The notes: generated by a model from the sequence alone, not told the origin. A stretch of DNA of 30,394 nucleotides from Ignavibacteriota bacterium (GCA_963776275.1 CAVZMI010000035.1:1-30394); one strand, 5' to 3'; positions 8,373-18,193 are shown, numbered from the stretch's first letter. A program made the numbers and translations.

Positions 8373-8491
8373 CTTTTTTCGATTTTTTAGTGTTAATGAG
8401 TTATCTTTTATGTCGCAACCAAAATTATCGGGAATCGTATACTAAGAATCCAACAAATTTCATCATGGTCCAACCAATGAAAGGCACAGAC

Positions 8492-10378
8492 ATGCATCCA
8501 TACGCACGGATTGCCCTATCACTCTGCGGCCTGACCCTTGCTACCGCAGCAATGTCCCCGGGACAAGAAAAAGACCGGGCAAAAATTCAAGATCAGTATA
8601 AATGGAATCTTACCAACGTCTACCCAAATGCCGACGCATGGAGAAAGGCGAAAGAAACATTGACAGCCGATGTAAAGAAGGTCACGAAATATAAAGGCAA
8701 ACTCGGTTCATCGGCAAAACAGCTTCTCGGTTGTTTCGAAGCCGGCAGCGCAATCGGCAAAGAGTTTGCGCGGCTTTCAAGTTATGCAAGCATGATATCG
8801 GACGAGGATACACGCGAATCCAAACCTCTCTCGATGAAGCAGGAGATGAGCACGCTGGGCGCATCAATCGGGGCGATAACGGCGTTTATTGAACCGGAAA
8901 TTCTAAAAATCAGCAAGAAAAAAATCGAGTCGTTTATCTCCTCGGAAAAGAAACTCGGCGTCTACAAACATTACCTGGACGACCTTCTCCGTCGTAAAAT
9001 CCATACCGGAACGGAAGGGGAAGAAAAGATCATCGCCGATGCAGGTTTGATGGCCGATGCCCCCGATAACATCTACGGTATTTTCTCGGATGCAGATTTT
9101 CCTTATCCAGAAATTACACTGAGCGATGGATCAAAGGCGAAGCTGAATCAAGCGACATATCAATTAAAGCGGACGTTGCCGAACCGCGAAGACCGAAAGA
9201 AAGTGTTTTCCTCATTCTTTGAAAAGATGAATGAATTCCGGCGTACATTCGGAACGCAATTAAGTGCCGAGGTTAACAAAGATATCTTTTATATGAAGGC
9301 ACGGAAGTACAATTCGTCGTTGGAAAGCGCACTCGATGCCAATAATGTCCCTGTCGAAGTGTATCACAAACTCGTAGATAATGTCAACAAGAATCTTTCG
9401 ACATTCCACCGCTACCTCAAACTCAGGAAGCGGATGATGGGACTTGATCAACTGCATTATTATGATCTGTATGCACCGCTCGTGGGCGGTGTCGATCTCA
9501 ATTACACAATCGAAGAAGCCGAAAAGAATGTCATTGCGTCTCTTGAGCCGCTCGGGAAGGATTATATTGATGTCACAAAAAAAGCTTTCGGCGAGCGTTG
9601 GGTCGACGTTTATCCGACCGACGGGAAACACTCTGGCGCATATTCCCAAGGATCGGTGTATGATGTCCACCCGTACATCCTCTTGAACTTCATCGGGAAA
9701 TATAACGACATGAGCACGGTCGCTCATGAACTCGGACACACCATGCACAGCTATCTGTCGAACAAGAATCAACCATATCCAACATCGCGATATCCGATTT
9801 TCGTGGCCGAAGTAGCCTCAACATTTAACGAAGCACTCCTGCTCGACCATATGCTGACGACAATCAATGATGACAACATTCGTCTATCGCTGCTCGGGAA
9901 TTATCTGGAAAATATTAAGGGAACCGTATTCCGGCAGACGCAATTCGCGGAATTCGAGCTCCAGATCCATGAGAAAGCCGAAAAGGGAGAAGCTCTGACG
10001 GGCGACGATTTCAACAAGATATACGAAGATATCACCCGTAAGTATTACGGACACGATCAGGGTGTGTGCATCGTCGATGATGAGATCAAGGCTGAATGGG
10101 CCTATATCCCTCATTTCTATTATGACTTCTATGTTTATCAGTATGCAACTGCGTTTACGGCATCGGCGGCGCTCTCGGAAAAGACGCTTGCAGGAGACAA
10201 GGCATCAACGGCAAAATACATTACATTCCTTTCATCGGGTGGCTCTGATTATCCGATCGAATTGCTGAAAAAAGCGGGCGTCGACATGACTACGTCGGAG
10301 CCGTTCGATCTCACAATGAAAAAGATGAATCGTGTTATGGATGAAATGGAGAAAATTCTAGACAAAATGAAGAAATAA
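8492..10378 (+). CDS. pepF: Oligoendopeptidase F (M3B), probably exported
   Basis: HELGH zinc motif, AEVAS, 'GKHSGAYS', 'WAYIPHFY', 'YKWNLT'. ATG 8492 follows GAAAGG and gives a signal-peptide-like N-terminus (MHPYARIALSLCGLTLATAAMSPG-Q). Confidence 0.93.
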   Translation: MHPYARIALSLCGLTLATAAMSPGQEKDRAKIQDQYKWNLTNVYPNADAWRKAKETLTADVKKVTKYKGKLGSSAKQLLGCFEAGSAIGKEFARLSSYASMISDEDTRESKPLSMKQEMSTLGASIGAITAFIEPEILKISKKKIESFISSEKKLGVYKHYLDDLLRRKIHTGTEGEEKIIADAGLMADAPDNIYGIFSDADFPYPEITLSDGSKAKLNQATYQLKRTLPNREDRKKVFSSFFEKMNEFRRTFGTQLSAEVNKDIFYMKARKYNSSLESALDANNVPVEVYHKLVDNVNKNLSTFHRYLKLRKRMMGLDQLHYYDLYAPLVGGVDLNYTIEEAEKNVIASLEPLGKDYIDVTKKAFGERWVDVYPTDGKHSGAYSQGSVYDVHPYILLNFIGKYNDMSTVAHELGHTMHSYLSNKNQPYPTSRYPIFVAEVASTFNEALLLDHMLTTINDDNIRLSLLGNYLENIKGTVFRQTQFAEFELQIHEKAEKGEALTGDDFNKIYEDITRKYYGHDQGVCIVDDEIKAEWAYIPHFYYDFYVYQYATAFTASAALSEKTLAGDKASTAKYITFLSSGGSDYPIELLKKAGVDMTTSEPFDLTMKKMNRVMDEMEKILDKMKK

Positions 10379-10403
10379 AATCCTATAGACAGGTCTTAAG
10401 AAT

Positions 10404-10450
10404 AAACGCCCTGCTCGCAGTGATTCTTTGAGCGGGGCGTTTCTGTTTTT
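10404..10450. terminator. Intrinsic terminator between convergent pepF and the hybrid kinase (possibly bidirectional)
   Basis: AAACGCCCTGCTC...GAGCGGGGCGTTT stem followed by CTGTTTTT. Confidence 0.75.
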
Positions 10451-10460
10451 CAGAACACCG

Positions 10461-11594
10461 TTACTCTTTTTTCCTCCTCATTCCGGCACTCTCGCTCTGG
10501 GCACTTTTCGCCGGCAGATCGATTTCGACGGTCGTTCCTTTTTTTCCGTCGCTGAAGATATTCATGGTTCCATCGTAGAGTTCTGTAAGCCGTTTTGCAA
10601 TGATCAATCCGAGGCCGACACCCTGCTGCTCGTAAAATTTCCGTTTGAATTGTTGATATGCCCCGAGGTATGCGATTTCCTTTTCCGACAATCCGCGCCC
10701 TTCGTCGGAAATGGATATAATGAGCCGGTTGGCGTTTTTTGTCGATGTAACACGGACATGTGTTCCGGCTTCGGAAAATTTCAATGCATTATCGACGACC
10801 TCCTCGACAATTTTTGTAAGGTGTTCGGGCAATAGCCGTACGGGACTTTCAACCAGCTCCGTTGTAATATCAGAGAGGCGGTTGTACATGCGCGCTCTCT
10901 GTCGTGCGATGGAATCGATGAGGTGAAGCGACTCCGGGATCTGAGTGTTGCGGAGTGATTCGATTTCGGATTGGTGAGCCGCGATAATCTCAATCTGGGT
11001 ATAGATCAAAAAATTTTCGATTAATCGCTGCAGACGGCTGCCGGATCTCCCTATGGCGCTGCCAATCCGCATAATATCTCCGGATGAAAGTTTCGGGGTA
11101 TCGCTCATCAGGACGTTCGCATTTCCCAGGATAATATGGAGCGGAGTGAGAAATTCATGCGGTAGAGCCATGCTGATGTTGTTCCGGAGTTCTGATAGTA
11201 TTTTCTCGGAGGTTTCAATGAAACGTTGATGCTTTGCGAGCTGAGTCTGGACCGCCGCGAGAAGATCGTTAAGACTGAATGGTTTGATGAGATAATCATC
11301 CGCACCCTCTGTCATCCCCTTGCGTACACTCTCCCTATCCGAAAGGCTCGTCATAATGACAAATGGTATTGTCGCTGTCGACTCGGATGCCCGCAGTTGT
11401 TCCAGGACGGAGAAACCGTCTACATTCCCCATGAGGATATCGCAGATAATAAGATCAGGCGAGTCTGATTGGGCGAGGTCGATGCCTTCGGATCCATTTT
11501 CAGCTTCAAGGGCGATATAGCCGGCGCCTCTCAGCACTGTCACAACCATTTCCCGCAGAATATCGTCGTCATCAATAACGAGGATCTTGCTCAT
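10461..11594 (-). CDS. Hybrid response regulator / histidine kinase (REC-HisKA-HATPase), cytoplasmic
   Basis: REC: ILVIDDD, ICD, GADDYLIKPF. H-box LPHEFLTPL, N-box DNALKF, G1 DEGRG, G2 GVGLGL. Confidence 0.92.
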   Translation of the reverse strand: MSKILVIDDDDILREMVVTVLRGAGYIALEAENGSEGIDLAQSDSPDLIICDILMGNVDGFSVLEQLRASESTATIPFVIMTSLSDRESVRKGMTEGADDYLIKPFSLNDLLAAVQTQLAKHQRFIETSEKILSELRNNISMALPHEFLTPLHIILGNANVLMSDTPKLSSGDIMRIGSAIGRSGSRLQRLIENFLIYTQIEIIAAHQSEIESLRNTQIPESLHLIDSIARQRARMYNRLSDITTELVESPVRLLPEHLTKIVEEVVDNALKFSEAGTHVRVTSTKNANRLIISISDEGRGLSEKEIAYLGAYQQFKRKFYEQQGVGLGLIIAKRLTELYDGTMNIFSDGKKGTTVEIDLPAKSAQSESAGMRRKKE

Positions 11595-11676
11595 GGTTTC
11601 GCTCCTTCAACTACACCCACCACCATGGTCATCGCGGGAGGGGATCGATGACTGTGTCCAACAACCACACTGCCGT

Positions 11677-11746
11677 AGTTTAACGATCTCAAAATAGAAA
11701 AGCAAGTCGACCCCCTATTGATTATTCCATCTTCACAGATTATCTT
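11677..11746. promoter_or_regulatory. Back-to-back sigma70-type promoters
   Basis: Minus: TTGCTT-N17-TAAACT (11677-11705) toward the kinase. Plus: TTGATT-N17-TATCTT (11718-11746) toward the zinc-ribbon gene. Confidence 0.5.
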
Positions 11747-11789
11747 TAATTAACTCTGTGGTTTCTGGAATTTCATAGGAGGATCAATC

Positions 11790-11957
11790 ATGCCCACATA
11801 CGACTATCATTGTTCGGAATGTGAAAAGTCATTTAGTGTCATTCTTACTATCACAGAACATGAAAAAACTCCACCACTCGTTTGTCCGGAATGCGGTAGT
11901 AAAAAAATCCGCCAGGTTTTTTCGGGTGTCACGGTTATAACTTCGAAAAAAAGTTGA
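11790..11957 (+). CDS. FmdB-family zinc-ribbon protein (55 aa; not in ORF track)
   Basis: AGGAGG RBS. Hand translation MPTYDYHCSECEKSFSVILTITEHEKTPPLVCPECGSKKIRQVFSGVTVITSKKS* shows the MPxYxYxC..C...CPxCGS signature. Confidence 0.9.
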   Translation: MPTYDYHCSECEKSFSVILTITEHEKTPPLVCPECGSKKIRQVFSGVTVITSKKS

Positions 11958-12080
11958 TATAAGGGATGGGGTACTAGTATTCAAAATTCTATGTCAGGAT
12001 ACTGAGGAGTTCTCATATTTTTTCACTATGTTGTGGAGTGGTTTACGATTTCTTGAAGTATCATCTGGAGGATAATGTGT

Positions 12081-13121
12081 ATGAGAATTTTCTCAATCGT
12101 TCTTCTCGTCTTTCTTTGCCTTTGCATATTTCCCCTACACGTTTCTGCTCAGGAAATCCGGCCGGTTCGGGATGACATTGGATATTGCTGGAATCCAGAT
12201 CAAATGAAACGGTTCATCGAGCATCTTCAAAATATTGAGAAGGAAGAACCTCTCTCTCATACAATCATTGCCGGGATCTCTCCGCATGACGATTACCTCT
12301 ATGCAGGCCGCATGTATTATCCTCTGTTCAGGGTGCTGCGGTCAAAAGAAGTTGTGATATTCGGCGTGACACACGGAACCGTCCGCCGGGAAATAGGCGA
12401 TCCGCAAAATATCCTCATACTGGATCGTCATGAATTATGGAAAGGCCTGACAGGTAATGTCGGAATTTCGCCGCTTCGGGAGTTTATTGAAAGCCGACTT
12501 GACAGCCAGTATTACATCGTGAGCAATAAAGCACATCAACTTGAACACTCCATCGAAGCTCTCGTTCCTTTTCTTCAATATTATAATCCATCGATCATGA
12601 TTACACCGATCATGGTCACAGTAATGCCGTTTGAAAGAATGGACGAAATATCCGGAAAACTTTCTTTGATCATTGCTGAATATATCACAAATAGAAAGCT
12701 CATCCCCGGAAAAGATATTGTGTTTTTGATGTCGTCGGATGCAAATCATTATGGCAAGGATTTCAACAATATTCCTTTCGGAGAGGATGATGTGGCGCAT
12801 ACAAGGGGGATCGGCCAGGATATTCGTGTTGCTCAGGAGTGTCTCGAAGGCCCGGTTCAACCCGGCAAAATCGGAAATCTTACGAATGAATTGAAAAATA
12901 TTAGCTGGTGTGGTAAGTTTTCAATCCCATTCGGACTCCTTACGACACAGAGAGTAATGGAAAAAATTACAGGGAAGGGATTAGAAGGTACAATACTCAG
13001 ATACTCGGATACTTACAGCGAAGGAGTACTCCCACTGACAAAAACCGGTATGGGAATAACGGCAGTCTTTTCGCTGAAACACTGGGTTGGATTTTTCTCT
13101 GCCGGATTTTGGGCTGAATAA
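12081..13121 (+). CDS. amrB: MEMO1-family / AmmeMemoRadiSam protein B, with signal peptide
   Basis: SPHDDYLYAG, GVTH, EHSIE, SSDANHYG and WCG motifs of the Memo fold. GGAGG spacing favours ATG 12081. Hydrophobic N-terminus ends VSA-Q. Confidence 0.8.
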   Translation: MRIFSIVLLVFLCLCIFPLHVSAQEIRPVRDDIGYCWNPDQMKRFIEHLQNIEKEEPLSHTIIAGISPHDDYLYAGRMYYPLFRVLRSKEVVIFGVTHGTVRREIGDPQNILILDRHELWKGLTGNVGISPLREFIESRLDSQYYIVSNKAHQLEHSIEALVPFLQYYNPSIMITPIMVTVMPFERMDEISGKLSLIIAEYITNRKLIPGKDIVFLMSSDANHYGKDFNNIPFGEDDVAHTRGIGQDIRVAQECLEGPVQPGKIGNLTNELKNISWCGKFSIPFGLLTTQRVMEKITGKGLEGTILRYSDTYSEGVLPLTKTGMGITAVFSLKHWVGFFSAGFWAE

Positions 13122-13173
13122 ATCCCAACGGTCATAGACGGCAATCTTTTTACGTTTTTCTTCTTTGATTTTT

Positions 13174-13963
13174 ATGATACGTATCGCAGTTGTTCAAACA
13201 AATCCTGTTTTCGGTGCAGTCGCTCATAATGTGAGTTCCGCTATCGAGATGATGGAAACACAGAATGCCGATCTCTATGTCCTTCCGGAACTTTTTAATA
13301 CAGGATATATTTTTCTCGACAAGGATGAGCTCGAACGACTTGCAGAACCGGTCGATATGCAGGCGGGACCTACATGCGTCGAGCTTCATAAATTTTCTCA
13401 ACGTCATTCATGCTTCATCGTCTACGGCTTCGCAGAAAAAGCGGACCGGCTGTACAATTCTTCCGCACTTATACTGACCTGACGGTCTGGTGGGACTATA
13501 TAGGAAAGTGCACCTCTTCGACTATGAGAACATTCTCTTTACTCCCGGAAATTTAGGTTTTCCTGTTTTTGATCTTCCATTTGGTCGAGTGGGGATGATG
13601 ATATGCTTTGATTGGTTCTATCCCGAAAGTGCCCGGACGCTTGCTCTGAAAGGTGCCCAACTCATCGCGCATCCGTCAAACCTTGTCCTCCCATATTGTC
13701 CCGATGCCATGGTGACACGGTGCATCGAAAATCATGTCTACGCCGTTACTGCCGATCGGGTCGGGAAGGAAGAGAGGGGAGGGAGCGGTTTTGACTTCAT
13801 CGGAATGAGTGAAATTGTTACACCAAAAGGGGAAATACTGATCCGGATGGGGACGGAACCAGGTGTGACGATGGTTGAAGTCGATCTTGCTTTGGCCGAT
13901 GAGAAAAAGATCAATCAATACAATAGTATCCTGGAGGGTAGGAAACCCGAGCAATATCGGTAG
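13174..13963 (+). pseudogene. Carbon-nitrogen hydrolase (nitrilase superfamily), split by a +1 frameshift near 13474-13482
   Basis: Catalytic E (LPELF) lies in 13174-13482; K (YRKVHLF) and C (ICFDW) lie in the next frame. Junction reads SALI|PDGLVGLYRK when one base is removed. Confidence 0.85.
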
Positions 13964-14032
13964 AACTTTCTTAGAGTCATTTCGTATATAGAATCATAGA
14001 CCCAGTCCGGTATTATTATATATAAGCAATTC

Positions 14033-16846
14033 ATGGATTATTTCGATAGACACTCGAAGCAATTTCGGATTGTATTGGCAATACTTGTCGTTGTACTCTG
14101 TGGAATTGCTGTTATCAATTTCTATAATTATGCGGGTTCGCCCACCGACGAGAATATTTTTGCCGACCCCCCGTCGAATCTGTACATCATGCGAGGATTT
14201 CCGGCATCGATCCTTTCCGACCCGATAGTAAAAGAGAAGGAGAGCGGATTACATTACGCAGCGGATGAAATCAAACGTGGTGATCTTCTAGTTGCGGTCA
14301 ATGGAAAATATGTCAAGAGTCTCACCGATTACGAAAAAGCTCTCTCCTGGATAAAAGGTAGTTCTGATGTTACATTGTTTGTTTTTCGACCATCGACCAA
14401 CGACAAGTTGACCTTCAAAGCTATCAGAAGAGCAATTCCAGATTCCAGTCTCATCCAGTTACCTTTCCATGTTACGAATGTTGTCGATATCACACCCGGC
14501 GGTGCCTCGGATCGGGCCGGCATGAAAATAGGCGATCTGATTTACCAGATTAATGGAAAGAGTTTTTTGAATTCCATCGAGGCCGATCGAATACTCCGTG
14601 GTGGAAAATCCGGCAACACAATTATATACGACGTATTCCGCGATGGCCGGGCCATTCCTCTTCGTGTCACGCTCGCCAGATTTGGAATTCCAATTCAGGT
14701 GTTCCCTTTCTTTCTTGCCGGATTACTATATATCGCTTTCGGTTCGTTTATCGGACTCCAACGTCCGGAACTCGTTGCAGCACGGTTGGTAGGACTTTCA
14801 TTCGTCTTTATCGGGTACTTCATTTCGGTCGCGGTTATTCAACGAGATCCCGGTATGTCCCTGTTCACGATGGTAAGAAATGTATCGGCGGTTCTGTGTG
14901 TGTTTTTTGGAATGGCAGTAATGATTCATTCAACTATCTACTACCCCACAAAACGTCAGGTACTACTGGACATCCGATGGTTGCACTGGATCCCGTACGG
15001 ATTGGCGGCGCTCTGCTGCTTAATCATTTTGATTACCAGGAATCCGTATGTCTATCTCGGAATGTTGGTAATTCTGCTCTATTGGATTATTATCGAATTG
15101 AAATATCGTAAGCAGAGGACAGAAGAATTCAAGAGACTGGTTCGCATTACGAAATGGACATCGGTCGGGGTTTCTCTTGTAAGTATTATCATCGGTACAG
15201 TCACCGCCGCCTCAGGGAAAACGCAATCGATCGGATTGATCGGCGTGTTACTGATATTCATCCCGCTTGCGTATCTCTATACAATAGGCAGGTACAGACT
15301 TCTGGGCCTGGATCTCCGTGTCCGCCGGAATGTCCGATATACACTCGTTACGGTGTTGTGGAATATGCTTCTTCTTTCCGGATTAATATGGGGTTTCACG
15401 GCGCTTCCAGCGGTTGAAACACCGTTCCGGAATCTTGTTATTACCGGTTCCTCGATCGAAGTGAACGATGCCCCCGAATTTCAAGAACAGAGGCTTCTCA
15501 CGCAAAAAATTCTGTTAATGGCAATCGCCGTTGTTATAACGTATGTTGCTCTGCGGTTGAGACAGGCAGGACAAAAAATGATCGATCGTCGGTACCATCG
15601 GTCGAGATACGATTATCGACGTGCGGCAGCTGAACTATCGGAAGTAATGAGCTCACGTGTCGGTATGGTCGATCTTGCGCAGGGTATCGTCAGGAAACTC
15701 ACCGAATTGATGCATCTCAAACATGCCGGTGTGCTGTTTTTCCGGAATGAAAAGATATGCTGCTGTCAGCAGTCGTACGGCATCGAAGGAAGCGGGTGGA
15801 AGGAATTATGCATGACCGTCGATGACAATTTGATCTCGACCATCAAAGGGTATCGAGGAGTGATCCGTGTCGAGGATCTTTCATGGACGATTCGCGATGA
15901 ATTTCGTGAAAGCGGATATCAGTTCATTGTCCCAATTAAATCGAAAAACCAGTTAATCGGTGTTCTTCTCATAGGTGAAAAGCTTGCGGAAACGACGATC
16001 CGCCAGGAAGATGTCGAATATCTTACCACCGCTGCGACGCAGGCCTCGGTCGCGATTGAAAATGCATTTCTCTATGAGGAGCTTGCCGAAAAAACACGTA
16101 TGCAGCATGAACTCGAAATCGCGCGGAATATCCAGCTCGCTTCACTTCCACAAAAAACACCGGCGGTGAACGGGCTTGATATTGCCGGAATTTCCGTGCC
16201 AGCGATGGAAGTGGGTGGAGATTTCTTTGATTATCTAAATGGAGAAGCGGACAGTCAGGACATATTAACCGTCATTGTGGGCGATGTCAGCGGAAAGGGG
16301 ACGTCGGCTGCATTATATATGTCGCGGGTTCAGGGTATCCTCCGCTCACTTCATGAATTCGCTCCTACACCGGCAGATCTCTTTATTAAAGCAAATAAAT
16401 TACTCTGTAAAGATCTTGAAAAAAAATCGTTTGTGACCGCCTTCGGGGCGTTGTTCGATACGACGAAGAAAAAAGCCGTGCTCGCACGTGCGGGACATCT
16501 TCCGCTGTTCCTTTTCCGATCGACCAATCAGAAAATACTGAAAATCATTCCGAAAGGGATTGGTCTGGGTCTGGATAATACCGAAGTTTTCACTAACGAG
16601 ATGCAGGAGGAATCCGTTTTATACGACTCAGGCGATGTCTTTATCTTTGTTACCGATGGAGTTCTCGAAGCACACAATGGTAACAAGGAAGAATTTGGGG
16701 AGGAACGGCTTATTCGCATTTTTGAAAACCATACACAATCCAGCGCTGAGCAGATCAGGAATCGTATCCTTGATGAAGTACGCACATTCACCAAAGAATC
16801 TTATCAGCACGACGATCAGACGATTGTCATAGTCAAAGCACTCTGA
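14033..16846 (+). CDS. Membrane SpoIIE/PP2C-type phosphatase with two PDZ domains, TM bundle and GAF domain
   Basis: PDZ 'IKRGDLLVAVNG' and 'GASDRAGMKIGDLIYQING'; multiple TM helices; GAF 'IVPIKSKNQLIGVL...AIENAFLY'; PP2C GGDFFD, GDVSGKG, TDG, DD. Confidence 0.9.
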   Translation: MDYFDRHSKQFRIVLAILVVVLCGIAVINFYNYAGSPTDENIFADPPSNLYIMRGFPASILSDPIVKEKESGLHYAADEIKRGDLLVAVNGKYVKSLTDYEKALSWIKGSSDVTLFVFRPSTNDKLTFKAIRRAIPDSSLIQLPFHVTNVVDITPGGASDRAGMKIGDLIYQINGKSFLNSIEADRILRGGKSGNTIIYDVFRDGRAIPLRVTLARFGIPIQVFPFFLAGLLYIAFGSFIGLQRPELVAARLVGLSFVFIGYFISVAVIQRDPGMSLFTMVRNVSAVLCVFFGMAVMIHSTIYYPTKRQVLLDIRWLHWIPYGLAALCCLIILITRNPYVYLGMLVILLYWIIIELKYRKQRTEEFKRLVRITKWTSVGVSLVSIIIGTVTAASGKTQSIGLIGVLLIFIPLAYLYTIGRYRLLGLDLRVRRNVRYTLVTVLWNMLLLSGLIWGFTALPAVETPFRNLVITGSSIEVNDAPEFQEQRLLTQKILLMAIAVVITYVALRLRQAGQKMIDRRYHRSRYDYRRAAAELSEVMSSRVGMVDLAQGIVRKLTELMHLKHAGVLFFRNEKICCCQQSYGIEGSGWKELCMTVDDNLISTIKGYRGVIRVEDLSWTIRDEFRESGYQFIVPIKSKNQLIGVLLIGEKLAETTIRQEDVEYLTTAATQASVAIENAFLYEELAEKTRMQHELEIARNIQLASLPQKTPAVNGLDIAGISVPAMEVGGDFFDYLNGEADSQDILTVIVGDVSGKGTSAALYMSRVQGILRSLHEFAPTPADLFIKANKLLCKDLEKKSFVTAFGALFDTTKKKAVLARAGHLPLFLFRSTNQKILKIIPKGIGLGLDNTEVFTNEMQEESVLYDSGDVFIFVTDGVLEAHNGNKEEFGEERLIRIFENHTQSSAEQIRNRILDEVRTFTKESYQHDDQTIVIVKAL

Positions 16847-16969
16847 GAGTTTCGGTCGATCCCATCCGGCAATTTTCATCGGTTCGGCACTTTATTCTTA
16901 CCTGAAAAACAACCATATTCGGTCCATCGTTACCCGAAAGACATTCAAAAGAAAAGAGTTATATGGCTT

Positions 16970-17133
16970 TTTCTAAGTAAAAAGTAAAAATTAAAAAGGA
17001 AAAAGGGGAGAAATATCTTTCTCACAGACATTTCATAATTTTAATTTTTCCCCCTCGACTCCCCCTTATCTCGCTCACTCCGTTCGCTCGATCGGGGTCG
17101 CTCGGGATAAACTTTTTACTTTTTCCTTAGAAA
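16970..17133. repeat. Inverted heptamer (TAAAAAG) repeat element containing a nested REP-like insert at 17051-17111
   Basis: TTTCTAAGTAAAAAGTAAAAA matches the reverse complement of TTTTTACTTTTTCCTTAGAAA at 20/21. The insert CCCCTCGACT...CGCTCGGGATAAA interrupts the right arm. Confidence 0.75.
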
Positions 17134-17223
17134 CTGTTTCCCTTTCAAAAAACATTAAACATAAATGATACTATAGAAAGTGTATCAGTATTTTAGTACG
17201 CCACTAGATCATTAATCGATACA

Positions 17224-18066
17224 ATGCTTAAGAATACATTCTGCCATATCCCGGGTTTTGGTATACAGACAGAACGATATCTCTGGACTCTCGGTATCCA
17301 TAATTGGGAGGCTGCACTCGCGATAGGGGATTCCCCTTTGACTCCCCGTGCACGGACACTCCTGAAAGAACATATTCCGCTCTCACAAACTAGATTGGAA
17401 AAAGCCGATATCGATTACTTCGCACTATCTCTTCCATCCGATCAACACTGGAGATTGTTTCCGGAATTCCGAAATTCGATTGCCTATTTGGATATTGAGA
17501 CGACCGGATTGGGAAGTCCGTACGATTCGATCACAACTATTACGCTCTACGATGGATTGTCGATCCGTACATTCATCCAGGATGAAAATCTACGTGATTT
17601 TCCATCGGCCATAAGAGAGTACAAACTCCTTGTTACATTCAACGGAAAATGTTTCGACATACCGTTCATTGAAAATTACCTGGGGATTCGATTGACCATG
17701 GCGCATATCGATCTCCGATTTGTACTGAGGAGTCTCGGATATCGCGGAGGATTGAAATCGTGTGAGCACCAGCTCGGCCTTGAGCGGACGGATGTGAAGG
17801 ATATTGACGGTTATTTTGCCGTACTGCTCTGGCATGATTATCAGGCAAGGGGATCGATACGATCGCTGGAGACTCTGCTTGCATATAACATCGTCGATAC
17901 GGTGAACCTTGAAAGCTTATTGGTCAGAGCGTATAATCTGAAGCTGCGCGAGACTCCTTTTCAAAAGAAAATCAAGCTTCCAATGCCGAAGGTGCCTGAG
18001 ATTCCGTACAAAGCAGACCACGATACAATCGAGCGCATACGCCGCGAGCACTATTGGCGGTTTTAG
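17224..18066 (+). CDS. YprB-like RNase H-fold (DEDD) exonuclease
   Basis: YLDIETTG, TFNGKCFDIPF, HIDL, GGLKSCE, YNIVD motifs. Confidence 0.85.
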   Translation: MLKNTFCHIPGFGIQTERYLWTLGIHNWEAALAIGDSPLTPRARTLLKEHIPLSQTRLEKADIDYFALSLPSDQHWRLFPEFRNSIAYLDIETTGLGSPYDSITTITLYDGLSIRTFIQDENLRDFPSAIREYKLLVTFNGKCFDIPFIENYLGIRLTMAHIDLRFVLRSLGYRGGLKSCEHQLGLERTDVKDIDGYFAVLLWHDYQARGSIRSLETLLAYNIVDTVNLESLLVRAYNLKLRETPFQKKIKLPMPKVPEIPYKADHDTIERIRREHYWRF

Positions 18067-18124
18067 TCAGAAACACCCCCAAATGCACCGCTGATAATAA
18101 ATGAAGAAAAATCGCACTTTAGAC

Positions 18125-18175
18125 TTGACAAATGCCTAAACATGTTGTATATTACTTTGAATAGCAAAGTACTTT
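18125..18175 (+). promoter_or_regulatory. Sigma70 promoter plus operator
   Basis: TTGACA-N17-TATATT (18125-18153) immediately followed by ACTTT-GAATAGC-AAAGT-ACTTT (18154-18175). Confidence 0.8.
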
Positions 18176-18193
18176 AAATAGAAGGGTACGAAT

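Noticed and set aside
8390-8491. ORF-track start for pepF at 8390
   Set aside because: No RBS and it buries the signal peptide; ATG 8492 fits better.
2297-13121. Intact AmmeMemoRadiSam operon
   Set aside because: amrS and amrB are far apart on opposite strands and amrA is absent; proximity may be coincidental.
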